Positions 27,672 through 42,000 of a DNA stretch of 64,000 bases are shown piece by piece (within the stretch, counting starts at the first letter, position 1; the number at the start of each line of letters is the position of its first letter). The DNA lies in the NCBI GenBank assembly GCA_965655095.1, contig OZ296655.1, positions 89,838,001-89,902,000 on the forward strand, written 5' to 3'. Below the pieces are notes generated by a model. That model saw only the letters and a program-made list of their open reading frames with translations. It was not told the DNA's origin and searched no databases. The DNA is from Haplodiscus bocki. Taxonomy: Eukaryota. The translations under genes were made by a program, and so were the position numbers.

Positions 27672-27681
27672 ATTACGTAAC
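27672..27681. promoter_or_regulatory. PAR-bZIP/NFIL3-type site ATTACGTAAC (RTTAYGTAAY), representative copy; function untested
   Basis: ATTACGTAAC lies just downstream of the CCAAT-box position in most monomers from about 16.8 to 48.1 kb. This is a motif match only. Confidence 0.25.
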
Positions 27682-30600
27682 GCGAGAATTCTCGACTAAA
27701 ATGGAGATCTTGTCGCTGATATCACATCAAATCAGTTTCATGTAGCTAATTTTAAAACAAGGGAATCTTCAAGACGCAAAAACAATACAAACAAATTAGG
27801 CCCGAATACAGAGAAGATAATCAGAAGAAGTCAACTAGCAAAGTTTTTGACGCTGCAGATAATTGTTGCTTACATGCTGCAACAGTGAAGGTAATGAACT
27901 TTCGGAAGAATAACCCTTCAATTCCTATTGAAATCTTCATAGACTAAAGATCACTAGGTCTTGATTTACCTTCATTGCAACTTGCTACTGAAATTTTTCA
28001 TCAATTCAACAATAAATCAATCTTTTGGCAAAGTATCCAGTCAAAACAGTGTCTGCAGTCAACCTAAACTATCCAGAGGCGTCATAAATAGTCCACATTG
28101 TTCATCTTACGAGCTTGTTGTCCTTGCAGTTTCAAATCCGGGGTTATGCCGGGTTTTTCGTTTTTAACTTTAGTTTAGGAGTCCTGGGACTACCCTCCGA
28201 CAAACCATTAAACCTAACATACCGCTTCGAATTATATTTCATCTTAACACGTTCTGGAACTATAACTACCCTAAAAATATCCAAAGTAAACGATATTTTA
28301 TTACATTATCAACGTGTACTCTAGCTTAATGCTTTTTGGACGTGTACCTTTACTCAATACGTTGCGGAACTATAACTCATTTGAGAATTTGTCTGGATTA
28401 ATTCCTGTTTTAATACGTTCCGAAATTTAGCCTATCTTCCACAAAGTTGATGTTTAGCATCTTTCGATTTACTGTTGCCTATCTTGAGACATTGCCTAAC
28501 TATAGCGTATCCTTTTACATTACGAAACTATTTTACCACAATGCCGATTTTAGCCTCTCTTGATACGTTGCCACTCTTTTTTGGGACCTTACCGAAAAAT
28601 AGCGTATTGTTATACAAGATCAACCTACTTCAAAACAATGACAAACGGTAGCCTATCTTAAAAGACTGGCGAGCTGAAGCTAATCTTAAAGACCTTCCAC
28701 CCTGTCTTTACACAATGTCGGAAGAAAAATTTCCCTAGTATAGCCTGTCTTATTACAATCCCGTCGGATTTCGCATAAGTGTTTTCAGCCATTCAGAATC
28801 AGTCATTACGTAACGCGAGAATTCTCGACTAAAATGGAGATCTTGTCGCTGATATCACATCAAATCAGTTTCATGTAGCTAATTTTAAAACAAGGGAATC
28901 TTCAAGACGCAAAAAGAATACAAACAAATTAGGCCCGAATACAGAGAAGATAATCAGAAGAAGTCAACTAGCAAAGTTTTTGACGCTGCAGATAATTGTT
29001 GCTTACATGCTGCAACAGTGAAGGTAATGAACTTTCGGAAGAATAACCCTTCAATTCCTATTGAAATCTTCATAGACTAAAGATCACTAGGTCTTGATTT
29101 ACCTTCATTGCAACTTGCTACTGAAATTTTTCATCAATTCAACAATAAATCAATCTTTTGGCAAAGTATCCAGTCAAAACAGTGTCTGCAGTCAACCTAA
29201 ACTATCCAGAGGCGTCATAAATAGTCCACATTGTTCATCTTACGAGCTTGTTGTCCTTGCAGTTTCAAATCCGGGGTTATGCCGGGTTTTTCGTTTTTAA
29301 CTTTAGTTTAGGAGTCCTGGGACTACCCTCCGACAAACCATTAAACCTAACATACCGCTTCGAATTATATTTCATCTTAACACGTTCTGGAACTATAACT
29401 ACCCTAAAAATATCCAAAGCAAACGATATTTTATTACATTATCAACGTGTACTCTAGCTTAATGCTTTTTGGACGTGTACCTTTACTCAATACGTTGCGG
29501 AACTATAACTCATTTGAGAATTTGTCTGGATTAATTCCTGTTTTAATACGTTCCGAACTTCAGCCTATCTTCCACAAAGTTGATGTTTAGCATCTTTCGA
29601 TTTACTGTTGCCTATCTTGAGACATTGCCTAACTATAGCGTATCCTTTTACATTACGAAACTATTTTACCACAATGCCGAGTTTAGCCTCTCTTGATACA
29701 TTGCCACTCTTTTTTGGGACCTTACCGAAAAATAGCGTAATTTTATACAAAATCAACCTACCACAAAACATTGACAAACGGTAGTCTATCTTAAAAGACT
29801 GGCAAGCTGAAGCTAATCTTAAAGAACTTCCAACCTGTCTTTACACAATCTCGCAAGAAAAAATTTCCCTAGTACAGCCTGTCTTTTTACAATCCCGTCG
29901 GATTTCGCATAAATGTTTTCAGCCATTCAGAATCCATCATTACGTAACGCTAGAATTCTGGACTAAAATAGAGATCTTGTCGCGGCTCTCACATCAAATC
30001 GGATTCATGTAGCTATTTTAAAAACATGGGAATCTTCATGACATAAAAAACAATACCAAAAAATTAGGCCCTATTACGGAGAAGCTAATCAGAAGAAGTT
30101 AACTAGCGAAGTCTTTGACGCTGCAGATAATTGTTGCTTACAAGCTGCAACAGTGAAGGTATTGAACTTTCGGAAGAATAACCCTTCAATTCCTATTGAA
30201 ATCTTCTTAGACTAAAGTTCACTACGTCTTGATTTACCTTCATTGCAACTTGCTACTGAAATTTTTCATCAATTAAACATTAAACCAAGCTTTTTGGCAA
30301 AGTATCAAGTCAAAACAGTGTCTGCAGTCACACTAAACTATCCAGAGGCGTCATAAATAGTCCAAATTGTTCATCCTACGAACTTGTTGTCCTTGCAGTT
30401 TCAACTCCGGGGATATGCCGGATTTTTCGCTTTTAACTTCAGTTTAAGAGTCCCGGGACTACCCTCCGACAAACCATTAAACCTAACATACCGCTTCGAA
30501 TTATATTTCATCTTAACACGTTCTGGAACTATAACTACCCTAAAAATATCCAAAGTAAACGATATTTTATTACATTATCAACGTGTACTCTAGCTTAATG

Positions 30601-31479
30601 CTTTTTGGACGTGTACCTTTACTCAATACGTTGCGGAACTATAACTCATTTGAGAATTTGTCTGGAGTAATTCCTGTTTTAGTACGTTCCGAAATTCAGC
30701 CTATCTTCCACAAAGTTGATGTTTAGCATCTTTCGATTTACTGTTGCCTATCTTGAGACATTGCCTAACTATAGCGTATCCTTTTACATTACGAAACTAT
30801 TTTACCACAATGCCGATTTTAGCCTCTCTTGATACATTGCCACTCTTTTTTGGGACCTTACCGAAAAATAGCGTATTGTTATACAAAATCAACCTACCTC
30901 AAAACATTGCCAAACGGTAGCCTATCTTAAAAGACTGGCGAGCTGAAGCTAATCTTAAAGAACTTCCAACCTGTCTTTACACAATCTCGGAAGAAAAAAT
31001 TTCCCTAGTACAGCCTGTCTTTTTACAATCCCGTCGGAGTTCGCATAAATGTTTTCAGCCATTCAGAATCCATCATTACGTAACGCTAGAGTTCTGGACT
31101 AAAATAGAGATCTTGTCGCGGCTCTCACATCAAATCGGATTCATGTAGCTATTTTAAAAACATGGGAATCTTCAAGACATAAAAAACAATACCAAAAAAT
31201 TAGGCCCCATTACGGAGAAGCTAATCAGAAGACGTTAACTAGCGAAGTCTTTGACGCTAGAGATAATTGTTGCTTACATGCTGCAACAGTGAAAGTAATG
31301 AACTTTCTGAAGAATAACCCTTGAATTCCTACTGAAATCTTCAAAGACTAAATTTCACTAGGACTTGATTTACCTTCTTTGCAACTTGCTACTGAAGTTT
31401 TTCATCATTTAAACTTTAAATCAATCTTTTGGCAAAATATCAAGTCAAAACAGTGTCTGCAGTCACCCTAAACTATCCA

Positions 31480-34400
31480 GAGGCGTCATGAATAGTCCAC
31501 ATCGTTCATTTTACGAACTTGTTGTCCTTGCGGTATCAAATCCGGGGATATGCCGGATTTTTCGTTTTTAACTTTAGTTTAAGAGTCCCGGGACCACCCT
31601 CCGTCAAACCATTAAAAGTAACGCACCGCTTCGAATTATATTTTATCTGAGCACGTTCTGGAACTATAAAAACCCTAAAAATATCCGGAGTAAACGATAT
31701 TTTATAATATTATCAATGTGTACTCTAGCTTAATGCTTTTTGGTCGTGTACCCTTACTCAATACAATGCAGAACTATACCTCATTTGAAAACTTTTCCGA
31801 AGTAATTTTTTTACGTTCCAAAATTTAGCCTATCTTCCACAAAGTTGATCTTTAGCATCTTTCGATTTACTGTTGCCTATCTTGAGACATTGCCGAACTA
31901 TAGCGTATCCTTTTACATTACGAAACTATTTTACCACAATGCCGATTTTATCCTCTCTTGATACAATGCCACTCTTTTTTAGGACCTTACCGAAAAATAG
32001 CGTATTGTTACACAAAAACAACCTACCTCAAAACATTGCCAAACGGTAGCCTATTTTAAAAGACTGGCGAGCTGAAGCTAATCCTAGAGAACTTCCAACC
32101 TGTCTTTACACAACCTCGGAAGAAAAAAGTTCCCTAGTACAGCCTGTCTTATTACAATCCCGTCGGATTTCGCATAAATGTTTTCAGCCATTCAGAATCC
32201 ATCATTACGTAACGCTAGACTTCTGGACTAAAATAGAGATCCTGTCGCGGCTCTCACATCAAATCGGATTCATGTCTCTAATTTCAAAACATGGGAACCT
32301 TCCAGACTTGAAAAACAATACAAACGAATTTGGCCCTAATACGGAGAAGATAATCAGAAGAAGCCAACTAGCGAAGTCTTTGACGCTGCAGATGATTGTT
32401 GCTTACATGCTGCAACAGTGAAAGTAATGGACTTTCTGAAGAATAACCCTTCAATTCCTACTGAAATCTTCAGAGACGAAATTTCACTAGGACTTGATTT
32501 ACCTTCTTTGCAACTTGCTACTGAAATTTTTCATCATTTAAACATTAAATCAATCTTTTGGCAAAGTATCAAGTCAAAACAGTGTCTGCAGTCACCCTAA
32601 ACTATCCAGAGGCGTCATAAATAGTCCACATTGTTCATTTTACGAACCTGTTGTCCTTGCAAATTTAAATCCGGGAATTTGCCGGATTTTTCGTTTTTAA
32701 CTTTAGTTTAAGAGTCCCGGGACCACCCTCCTTCTAACCAATAAACCTAACGTACCGCTTCGAATTATATTTTATCTAAGCACGTTCTGGAACTATATAT
32801 ACCCTAAAAATATCCAGAGTAAACGATATTTTATTATATTATCAACGTGTACTCTAGCTTAATGCTTTTTGGACGTGTACCCTTACTCAATACAATTCAG
32901 AACTATACACCATTTGAAAACTTTTCCGAAGTAACTTTTTTTATTACGTTCCGAAATTTAGCCTATCTTCTACATAGTTGATCTTTAGCATCTTTCGATT
33001 TACTGTTGCCTATCTTGAGACATCGCCGAACTATAGCGTATCCTTTTACATTACGAAACTATTTTACCACAATGCCGATTTTATCCTCGCTTGATACAAT
33101 GCCACTCTTTTTTAGGACCTTACCGAAAAATAGCGTATTGTTACACAAGAACAACCTACCTCAAAACATTGCCAAACGGTAGCCTATCTTAAAAGACTGG
33201 CGAGCTGAAGCTAATCTTAAAGAACTTCCACCCTGTCTTTACACAATCTCGGAAGAAAAAATTTCCCTCGTATAGCCTGTCTTATTACAATCCCGTCGGA
33301 TTTCGCTTAAATGTTTTCAGCCATTTAGAATCCATCATTACGTAACGCGAGAATTCTCGACTAAAATAGAGATCTTGTCGCGGCTCTCACATCAAATCGG
33401 GTTCATGTAGCTAATATTGAAACATGGGAATCTTCAAGACTTAAAAAACAATACAAACAAATTTGGCCCTAATACGGAGAATATAATCAGAAGAAGTCAA
33501 CTAGCGAAGTCTTTGACGCTGCAGATGATTGTTGCTTACATGCTGCAACAGTGAAAGTAATGGACTTTCTGAAGAATAACCCTTCACTTCCTACTGAATT
33601 CTTCAAAGACTAAATTTCAGTAGGTCTTGATTTACCTTCTTTGCAACTTGCTACTGAAATTTTTCTTCGTATAAACATTAAATCATCTTTTTGGAAAAAT
33701 ATCAAGTCAAAACAGTGTCTGCAGTCATCCTAAACTACCCAGAGGCGTCATGAATAGTCCACATCGTTCATTTTACGAACTTGTTGTCCTTGCGGTATCA
33801 AATCCGGGGATATGCCGGATTTTTCGTTTTTAACTTTAGTTTAAGAGTCCCGGGACCACCCTCCGTCAAACCATTAAAAGTAACGCACCGCTTCGAATTA
33901 TATTTTATCTGAGCACGTTCTGGAACTATAAAAACCCTAAAAATATCCGGAGTAAACGATATTTTATAATATTATCAATGTGTACTCTAGCTTAATGCTT
34001 TTTGGTCGTGTACCCTTACTCAATACAATGCAGAACTATACCTCATTTGAAAACTTTTCCGAAGTAATTTTTTTACGTTCCAAAATTTAGCCTATCTTCC
34101 ACAAAGTTGATCTTTAGCATCTTTCGATTTACTGTTGCCTATCTTGAGACATTGCCGAACTATAGCGTATCCTTTTACATTACGAAACTATTTTACCACA
34201 ATGCCGATTTTATCCTCTCTTGATACAATGCCACTCTTTTTTAGGACCTTACCGAAAAATAGCGTATTGTTACACAAAAACAACCTACCTCAAAACATTG
34301 CCAAACGGTAGCCTATTTTAAAAGACTGGCGAGCTGAAGCTAATCCTAGAGAACTTCCAACCTGTCTTTACACAACCTCGGAAGAAAAAAGTTCCCTAGT

Positions 34401-36003
34401 ACAGCCTGTCTTAATACAATCCCGTCGGATTTCGCATAAATGTTTTCAGCCATTCAGAATCCATCATTACGTAACGCTAGACTTCTGGACTAAAATAGAG
34501 ATCCTGTCGCGGCTCTCACATCAAATCGGATTCATGTCTCTAATTTCAAAACATGGGAACCTTCCAGACTTGAAAAACAATACAAACGAATTTGGCCCTA
34601 ATACGGAGAAGATAATCAGAAGAAGCCAACTAGCGAAGTCTTTGACGCTGCAGATGATTGTTGCTTACATGCTGCAACAGTGAAAGTAATGGACTTTCTG
34701 AAGAATAACCCTTCAATTCCTACTGAAATCTTCAGAGACGAAATTTCACTAGGACTTGATTTACCTTCTTTGCAACTTGCTACTGAAATTTTTCATCATT
34801 TAAACATTAAATCAATCTTTTGGCAAAGTATCAAGTCAAAACAGTGTCTGCAGTCACCCTAAACTATCCAGAGGCGTCATAAATAGTCCACATTGTTCAT
34901 TTTACGAACCTGTTGTCCTTGCAAATTTAAATCCGGGAATTTGCCGGATTTTTCGTTTTTAACTTTAGTTTAAGAGTCCCGGGACCACCCTCCTTCTAAC
35001 CAATAAACCTAACGTACCGCTTCGAATTATATTTTATCTAAGCACGTTCTGGAACTATATATACCCTAAAAATATCCAGAGTAAACGATATTTTATTATA
35101 TTATCAACGTGTACTCTAGCTTAATGCTTTTTGGACGTGTACCCTTACTCAATACAATTCAGAACTATACACCATTTGAAAACTTTTCCGAAGTAACTTT
35201 TTTTATTACGTTCCGAAATTTAGCCTATCTTCTACATAGTTGATCTTTAGCATCTTTCGATTTACTGTTGCCTATCTTGAGACATCGCCGAACTATAGCG
35301 TATCCTTTTACATTACGAAACTATTTTACCACAATGCCGATTTTATCCTCGGTTGATACAATGCCACTCTTTTTTAGGACCTTACCGAAAAATAGCGTAT
35401 TGTTACACAAGAACAACCTACCTCAAAACATTGCCAAACGGTAGCCTATCTTAAAAGACTGGCGAGCTGAAGCTAATCTTAAAGAACTTCCACCCTGTCT
35501 TTACACAATCTCGGAAGAAAAAATTTCCCTCGTATAGCCTGTCTTATTACAATCCCGTCGGATTTCGCTTAAATGTTTTCAGCCATTTAGAATCCATCAT
35601 TACGTAACGCGAGAATTCTCGACTAAAATAGAGATCTTGTCGCGGCTCTCACATCAAATCGGGTTCATGTAGCTAATATTGAAACATGGGAATCTTCAAG
35701 ACTTAAAAAACAATACAAACAAATTTGGCCCTAATACGGAGAATATAATCAGAAGAAGTCAACTAGCGAAGTCTTTGACGCTGCAGATGATTGTTGCTTA
35801 CATGCTGCAACAGTGAAAGTAATGGACTTTCTGAAGAATAACCCTTCACTTCCTACTGAATTCTTCAAAGACTAAATTTCAGTAGGTCTTGATTTACCTT
35901 CTTTGCAACTTGCTACTGAAATTTTTCTTCGTATAAACATTAAATCATCTTTTTGGAAAAATATCAAGTCAAAACAGTGTCTGCAGTCATCCTAAACTAC
36001 CCA
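31480..36003 (+). repeat. Near-perfect tandem duplication of a 2262 bp dimer
   Basis: AGGCGTCATGAATAG lies at 31481/33743 and GCAGTCATCCTAAACTACCC at 33721/35983. The ORFs at 32418/34680 are identical. Confidence 0.93.
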
Positions 36004-39000
36004 GAGGCTTCAAAATTAGTCCACATCGTTCCTCCTACAAACTTGTTGTCGCTGCAGTTTCATATCCGGGGATGTGCCGGATTTTTCGTTTTTCAACTTT
36101 AGTTTAAGAGTCCCGGGACCACCCTCCATTAAACCATTAAACCTAACGTACCGCTTCGAATTATATTTTTTCTGAGCACGTTCTGGAACTATAAAAACCC
36201 TAAAAATATCCGGAGTAAACGATTTTTTTATATTATCAACGTGTACTCTAGCTTAATGCTTTTTGGACGTGTACCCTTACTCAATACAATTCAGAACTAT
36301 ACACCATTTGAAAACTTTTCCGAAGTAACTTTTTTTATTACGTTCCGAAATTTAGCCTATCTTCTACATAGTTGATCTTTAGCATCTTTCGATTTACTGT
36401 TGCCTATCTTGAGACATTGCCGAACTATAGCGTATCCTTTTACATTACGAAACTATTTTACCACAATGCCAATTTTAGCCGCTCTTGATACAATGCCACT
36501 CTTTTTCAGGACCTTGCCGAAAAATAGCGTATTTTTATACAAAATCAACCTACCACAAAACATTGACAAACGGTAGTCTATCTTAAAAGACTGGCAAGCT
36601 GAAGCTAATCTTAAAGAACTTCCACCCTGTCTTTACACAACGTCGGAAGAAAAAATTTCCCTAGTATAGCCTGACTTATTACAATCCCGTCGAATTTCGC
36701 ATAATTGTTTTCAGCCATTCAGAATCCATCATTACGTAACGCGAGAATTCTGGACTAAAATAGAGATCCTGTCGCGGCTCTCACATCAAATCGGATTCAT
36801 GTAGCTAATTTCAAAACATGGGAACCTTCCAGACTTGAAAAACAATACAAACAAATTTGGCCCTAATACGGAGAATATAATCAGAAGAAGTCAACTAGCG
36901 AAGTCTTTGACGCTGCAGATAATTGTTGCTGACATGCTGCAACAGTGAAAGTAATGAACTTTCTGAAGAATAACCTTTCACTTCCTACTGAAATCTTCAA
37001 AGACTAAATTTCACTAGGTCTTGATTTACCATCTTTGCAACTTGCTACTGAAATTTTTCATCGTATAAACATTAAATCAATTTTTTGGAAAAATATCAAG
37101 TCAAAACAGTGTCTGCAGTCATCCTAAACTACCCAGAGGCGTCAAAATTAGTCCACATCGTTCCTCCTACAAACTTGTTGTCGCTGCAGTTTCATATCCG
37201 TGGATGTGCCGGATTTTCCATTTTTCAACTTTAGTTTAAGAGTCTCGGGACTACCTTCCGAAAAACCATTAAACCTAACGTACCGCTTCGAATTATACTT
37301 TATCTGAACACGTTGTGGAACTATAACTACCCTTAAAAAAATCCAAAGTAAACGATATTTTATTACATTGTCAATGTGTACTCTAGCTCAATGCTTTCTG
37401 GACGTGTACCCTTACTCAATACGTTGCAGAACTATAACTCATTTGTGAGATTGTCCGAAGTATTTTTTGTTTTAATACGCTCCAAAATTTAGCCTATCTT
37501 CCACAATGTTGATCTTTAGCATCTTTCGATTTACTGTTGCCTATCTTGAGACATTGCCGAACTATAGCGTATCCTTTTACATTACGAAACTTTTTTACCA
37601 CAAAGCCATTTTTAGCCTCTCTTGATACAATGCCACTCTTTTTTAGGACCCTACCGAAAAATAGCGTAATTTTATACAAAATCAACCTATCTCAAAACAT
37701 TGACAAACGGTAGCCTATCTTAAAAGACTGGCGAGCTGAAGCTAATGTTAAAGAACTTCCAACCTGTCTTTACACAATCTCGGAAGAAAAACTTTCCCTA
37801 GTATAGCCTGTATTATTACAATCCCGTCGGATTCCGCATAAGTGTTTTCAGCCATTCAGAATCCATCATTACGTAACGCGACATTTCTCGACTAAAATAG
37901 AGATCTTGTCGCGGCTCTCACATCAATTCGGATTCATGTAGCTAATTTTAAAACATGGGAATCTTCAAGACTTGAAAAACAATACAAACAAATTTGGCCC
38001 TAATACGGAGAATATAATCAGAAGAAGTCAACTAGCGAAGTCTTTGACGCTGCAGAAAATTGTTGCTTACATGATGCAACATTGAAAGTAATGAACTATC
38101 TGAAGAATAACAATTCAATTCCTAATGAAATCTTCAAAGACTAAATTTCACTAGGTCTTGATTTACCTTCTTTGCAATTTGCTACTAAAAATTTTCATCA
38201 TTTAAACATTAAGTCAACCTTTTGGCAAAATATCAAGTCAAAACAGTGTCTGCTGTCACCCTAAACTATCCAGAGGCGTCATAAAAAGTCCACATCTTTC
38301 ATCTTATGAACCTGTTGTCCTTGCAAATTCAAATCCGGGTAATTGCCGGATTTTTCTTTTTTAACTTCAGTTTAAGTGTCCCGGGACCACCCTCCATCTA
38401 ACCATTAAACCTAACGTACCGCTTCGAATTATATTTCATCTGAGCACGTTCTGGAACTATAAAAACCTTAAGAATATCCGGAGTAAACGATTTTTTTATA
38501 TTATCAACGTGTACTCTAGGTTAATGCTTTTTGGACGTGTACCCTTACTCACTACGTTGCGGAACTATAACTCATTTGAGAATTTGTCTGGAGTAATTCC
38601 TGTTTTAATACGTTCAAAACTTTAGCCTATCTTCCACAATGTTGATCTTTAGCATCTTTCGATTTACTGTTGCCTATCTTGAGACATTGCCGAACTTTAG
38701 CGTATCCTTTTACATTACGAATCTATTTTACCACAATGCCAATCTTAGCCGCTCTTGATACAATGCCACTCTTTTTCAGGACCTTGCCGAAAAATAGCGT
38801 ATTTTTATACAAAATCAACCTACCACAAAACATTGACAAACGGTAGTCTATCTTAAAAGACTGGCAAGCTGAAGCTAATCTTAAAGAACTTCCAACCTGT
38901 CTTTACACAATCTCGCAAGAAAAAATTTCCCTAGTACAGCCTGTCTTTTTACAATCCCGTCGGATTTCGCATAAATGTTTTCAGCCATTCAGAATCCATC

Positions 39001-42000
39001 ATTACGTAACGCTAGAATTCTGGACTAAAATAGAGATCTTGTCGCGGCTCTCACATCAAATCGGATTCATGTAGCTAATTTCAAAACATGGGAACCTTCC
39101 AGACTTGAAAAACAATACAAACAAATTTGGCCCTAATACGGAGAAGATAATCAGAAGAAGTCAACTAGCGAAGTCTTTGACGTTGCAGATAATTGTTGCT
39201 GACATGCTGCAACAGTGAAAGTAATGAACTTTCTGAAGAATAACCCTTCACTTCCTACTGAAATCTTCAGTGACTAAATTTCACTAGGTCTTGATTTACC
39301 TTCTTTGCAACTTGCTACTGAAATTTTTCATCGTATAAACATTAAATCAATTTTTTGGAAAAATATCAAGTCAAAACAGTGTCTGCAGTCATCCTAAACT
39401 ACCCAGAGGCGTCAAAATTAGTCCACATCGTTCCTCCTACAAACTTGTTGTCGCTGCAGTTTCATATCCGGGGATGTGCCGGATTTTTCATTTTTCAACT
39501 TTCGTTTAAGAGTCCCGGGACTACCCTCCGAAAAACCATTAAACCTAACGTACCGCTTCGAATTATACTTTATCTGAACACGTTGTGGAACTATAAATAC
39601 CCTTGAAAAAATCCAAAGTAAACGATATTTTATTACATTGTCAATGTGTACTCTAGCTCAATGCTTTCTGGACGTGTACCCTTACTCAATACGTTGCAGA
39701 ACTATAACTCATTTGTGAGATTGTCCGAAGTATTTTTTGTTTTAATACGCTCCAAAATTTAGCCTATCTTCCACAATGTTGATCTTTAGCATCTTTCGAT
39801 TTACTGTTGCCTATCTTGAGACATTGCCGAACTATAGCGTATCCTTTTACATTACGAAACTTTTTTACCACAAAGCCATTTTTAGCCTCTCTTGATACAA
39901 TGCCACTCTTTTTTAGGACCTTACCGAAAAATAGCGTAATTTTATACAAAATCAACCTATCTCAAATCATTGACAAACGGTAGCCTATCCTAAAAGACTG
40001 GCGAGCTGAAGCTAATGCTAAAGAACTTCCAACCTGTCTTTACACAATCTCGGAAGAAAAAATTTCCCTAGTATAGCCTGACTTACTACAATCCCGTCGA
40101 ATTTCGCATAAATGTTTTCAGCCATTCAGAATCCATCATTACGTAACGCGAGAAATCTGGACTAAAATAGAGATACTGTCGCGGCTCTCACATCAAATTG
40201 GATTCATGTAGCTAATATTGAAACATGGGAATCTTCAAGACCTAAAAAACATTACAAACATATTAGGCCCTAATACGGAGAAGATAATCAGAAGAAGTCA
40301 ACTAGCGAAGTCTTTGACGCTGCAGATAATTGTTGCTGACATGCTGCAACAGTGAAAGTAATGAACTTTCTGAAGAATAACCCTTCACTTCCTACTGAAA
40401 TCTTCAAAGACTAAATTTCACTAGGTCTTGATTTACCTTCTTTGCAACTTGCTACTGAAATTTTTCATCGAATAAACATTAAATCAATTTTTTGGAAAAA
40501 TATCAAGTCAAAACAGTGTCTGCAGTCATCCTAAACTACCCAGAGGCGTCAAAATTAGTCCACATCGTTCCTCCTACAAACTTGTTGTCGCTGCAGTTTC
40601 ATATCCGTGGATGTGCCGGATTTTTCATTTTTCAACTTTAGTTTAAGTGTCCCGGGACCACCCTCCATTAAACCATTAAACCTAACGTACCGCTTTGAAT
40701 TATATTTTATCTGAGCACGTTCTGGAACTATAAAAACCCTAAAAATATCCGGAGTAAACGATTTTTTTATATTATCAACGTGTACTCTAGCTTAATGCTT
40801 TTTGGACGTGTACCCTTACTCACTACGTTGCGGAACTATAACTCATTTGAGAATTTGTCTGGAGTAATTCCTGTTTTAATACGTTCAAAACTTTAACCTA
40901 TCTTCCACAATGTTGATCTTTAGCATCTTTCGATTTACTGTTGCCTATCTTGAGACATTGCCGAACTATAGCGTATCCTTTTACATTACGAAACTATTTT
41001 ACCACAATGCAAATTTTAGCCGCTCTTGATACAATGCCACTCTTTTTCAGGACCTTGCCGGAAAATAGCGTATTTTTATACAAAATCAACCTACCACAAA
41101 ACATTGACAAAAGGTAGTCTATCTTAAAAGACTGGCGAGCTGAAGCTAATGTTAAAGAACTTCCACCCTGTCTTTACACAATCTCGGAAAAAAAATTTCC
41201 CTCGTATAGCCTGTCTTTTTAAAATCCCGTCGGATTTCGCTTAAATGTTTTCAGCCATTTAGAATCCATCATTACGTAACGCGAGAATTCTCGACTAAAA
41301 TAGAGATCTTGTCGCGGCTCTCACATCAAATCGGGTTCATGTAGCTAATATTGAAACATGGGAATCTTCAAGACTTAAAAAACAATACAAACAAATTAGG
41401 CCCTAATACGGAGAAGATAATCAGAAGAAGTCAACTAGCGAAGTCTTTGACGCTGCAGATAATTGTTGCTGACATGCTGCAACAGTGAAAGTAATGAACT
41501 TTCTGAAGAATAACCCTTCACTTCCTACTGAAATCTTCAAAGACTAAATTTCACTAGGTCTTGATTTACCTTCTTTGCAACTTGCTACTGAAATTTTTCA
41601 TCGTATAAACATTAAATCAATTTTTTGGAAAAATATCAAGTCAAAACAGTGTCTGCAGTCATCCTAAACTACCCAGAGGCGTCAAAATTAGTCCACATCG
41701 TTCCTCCTACAAACTTGTTGTCGCTGCACTTTCATATCCGTGGATGTGCCGGATTTTTCATTTTTCAACTTTAGTTTAAGAGTCCCGGGACCACCCTCCA
41801 TTAAACCATTAAACCTAACGTACCGCTTTGAATTATATTTTATCTGAGCACGTTCTGGAACTATAAAAACCCTAAAAATATCCGGAGTAAACGATTTTTT
41901 TATATTATCAACGTGTACTCTAGCTTAATGCTTTTTGGACGTGTACCCTTACTCACTACGTTGCGGAACTATAACTCATTTGAGAATTTGTCTGGAGTAA

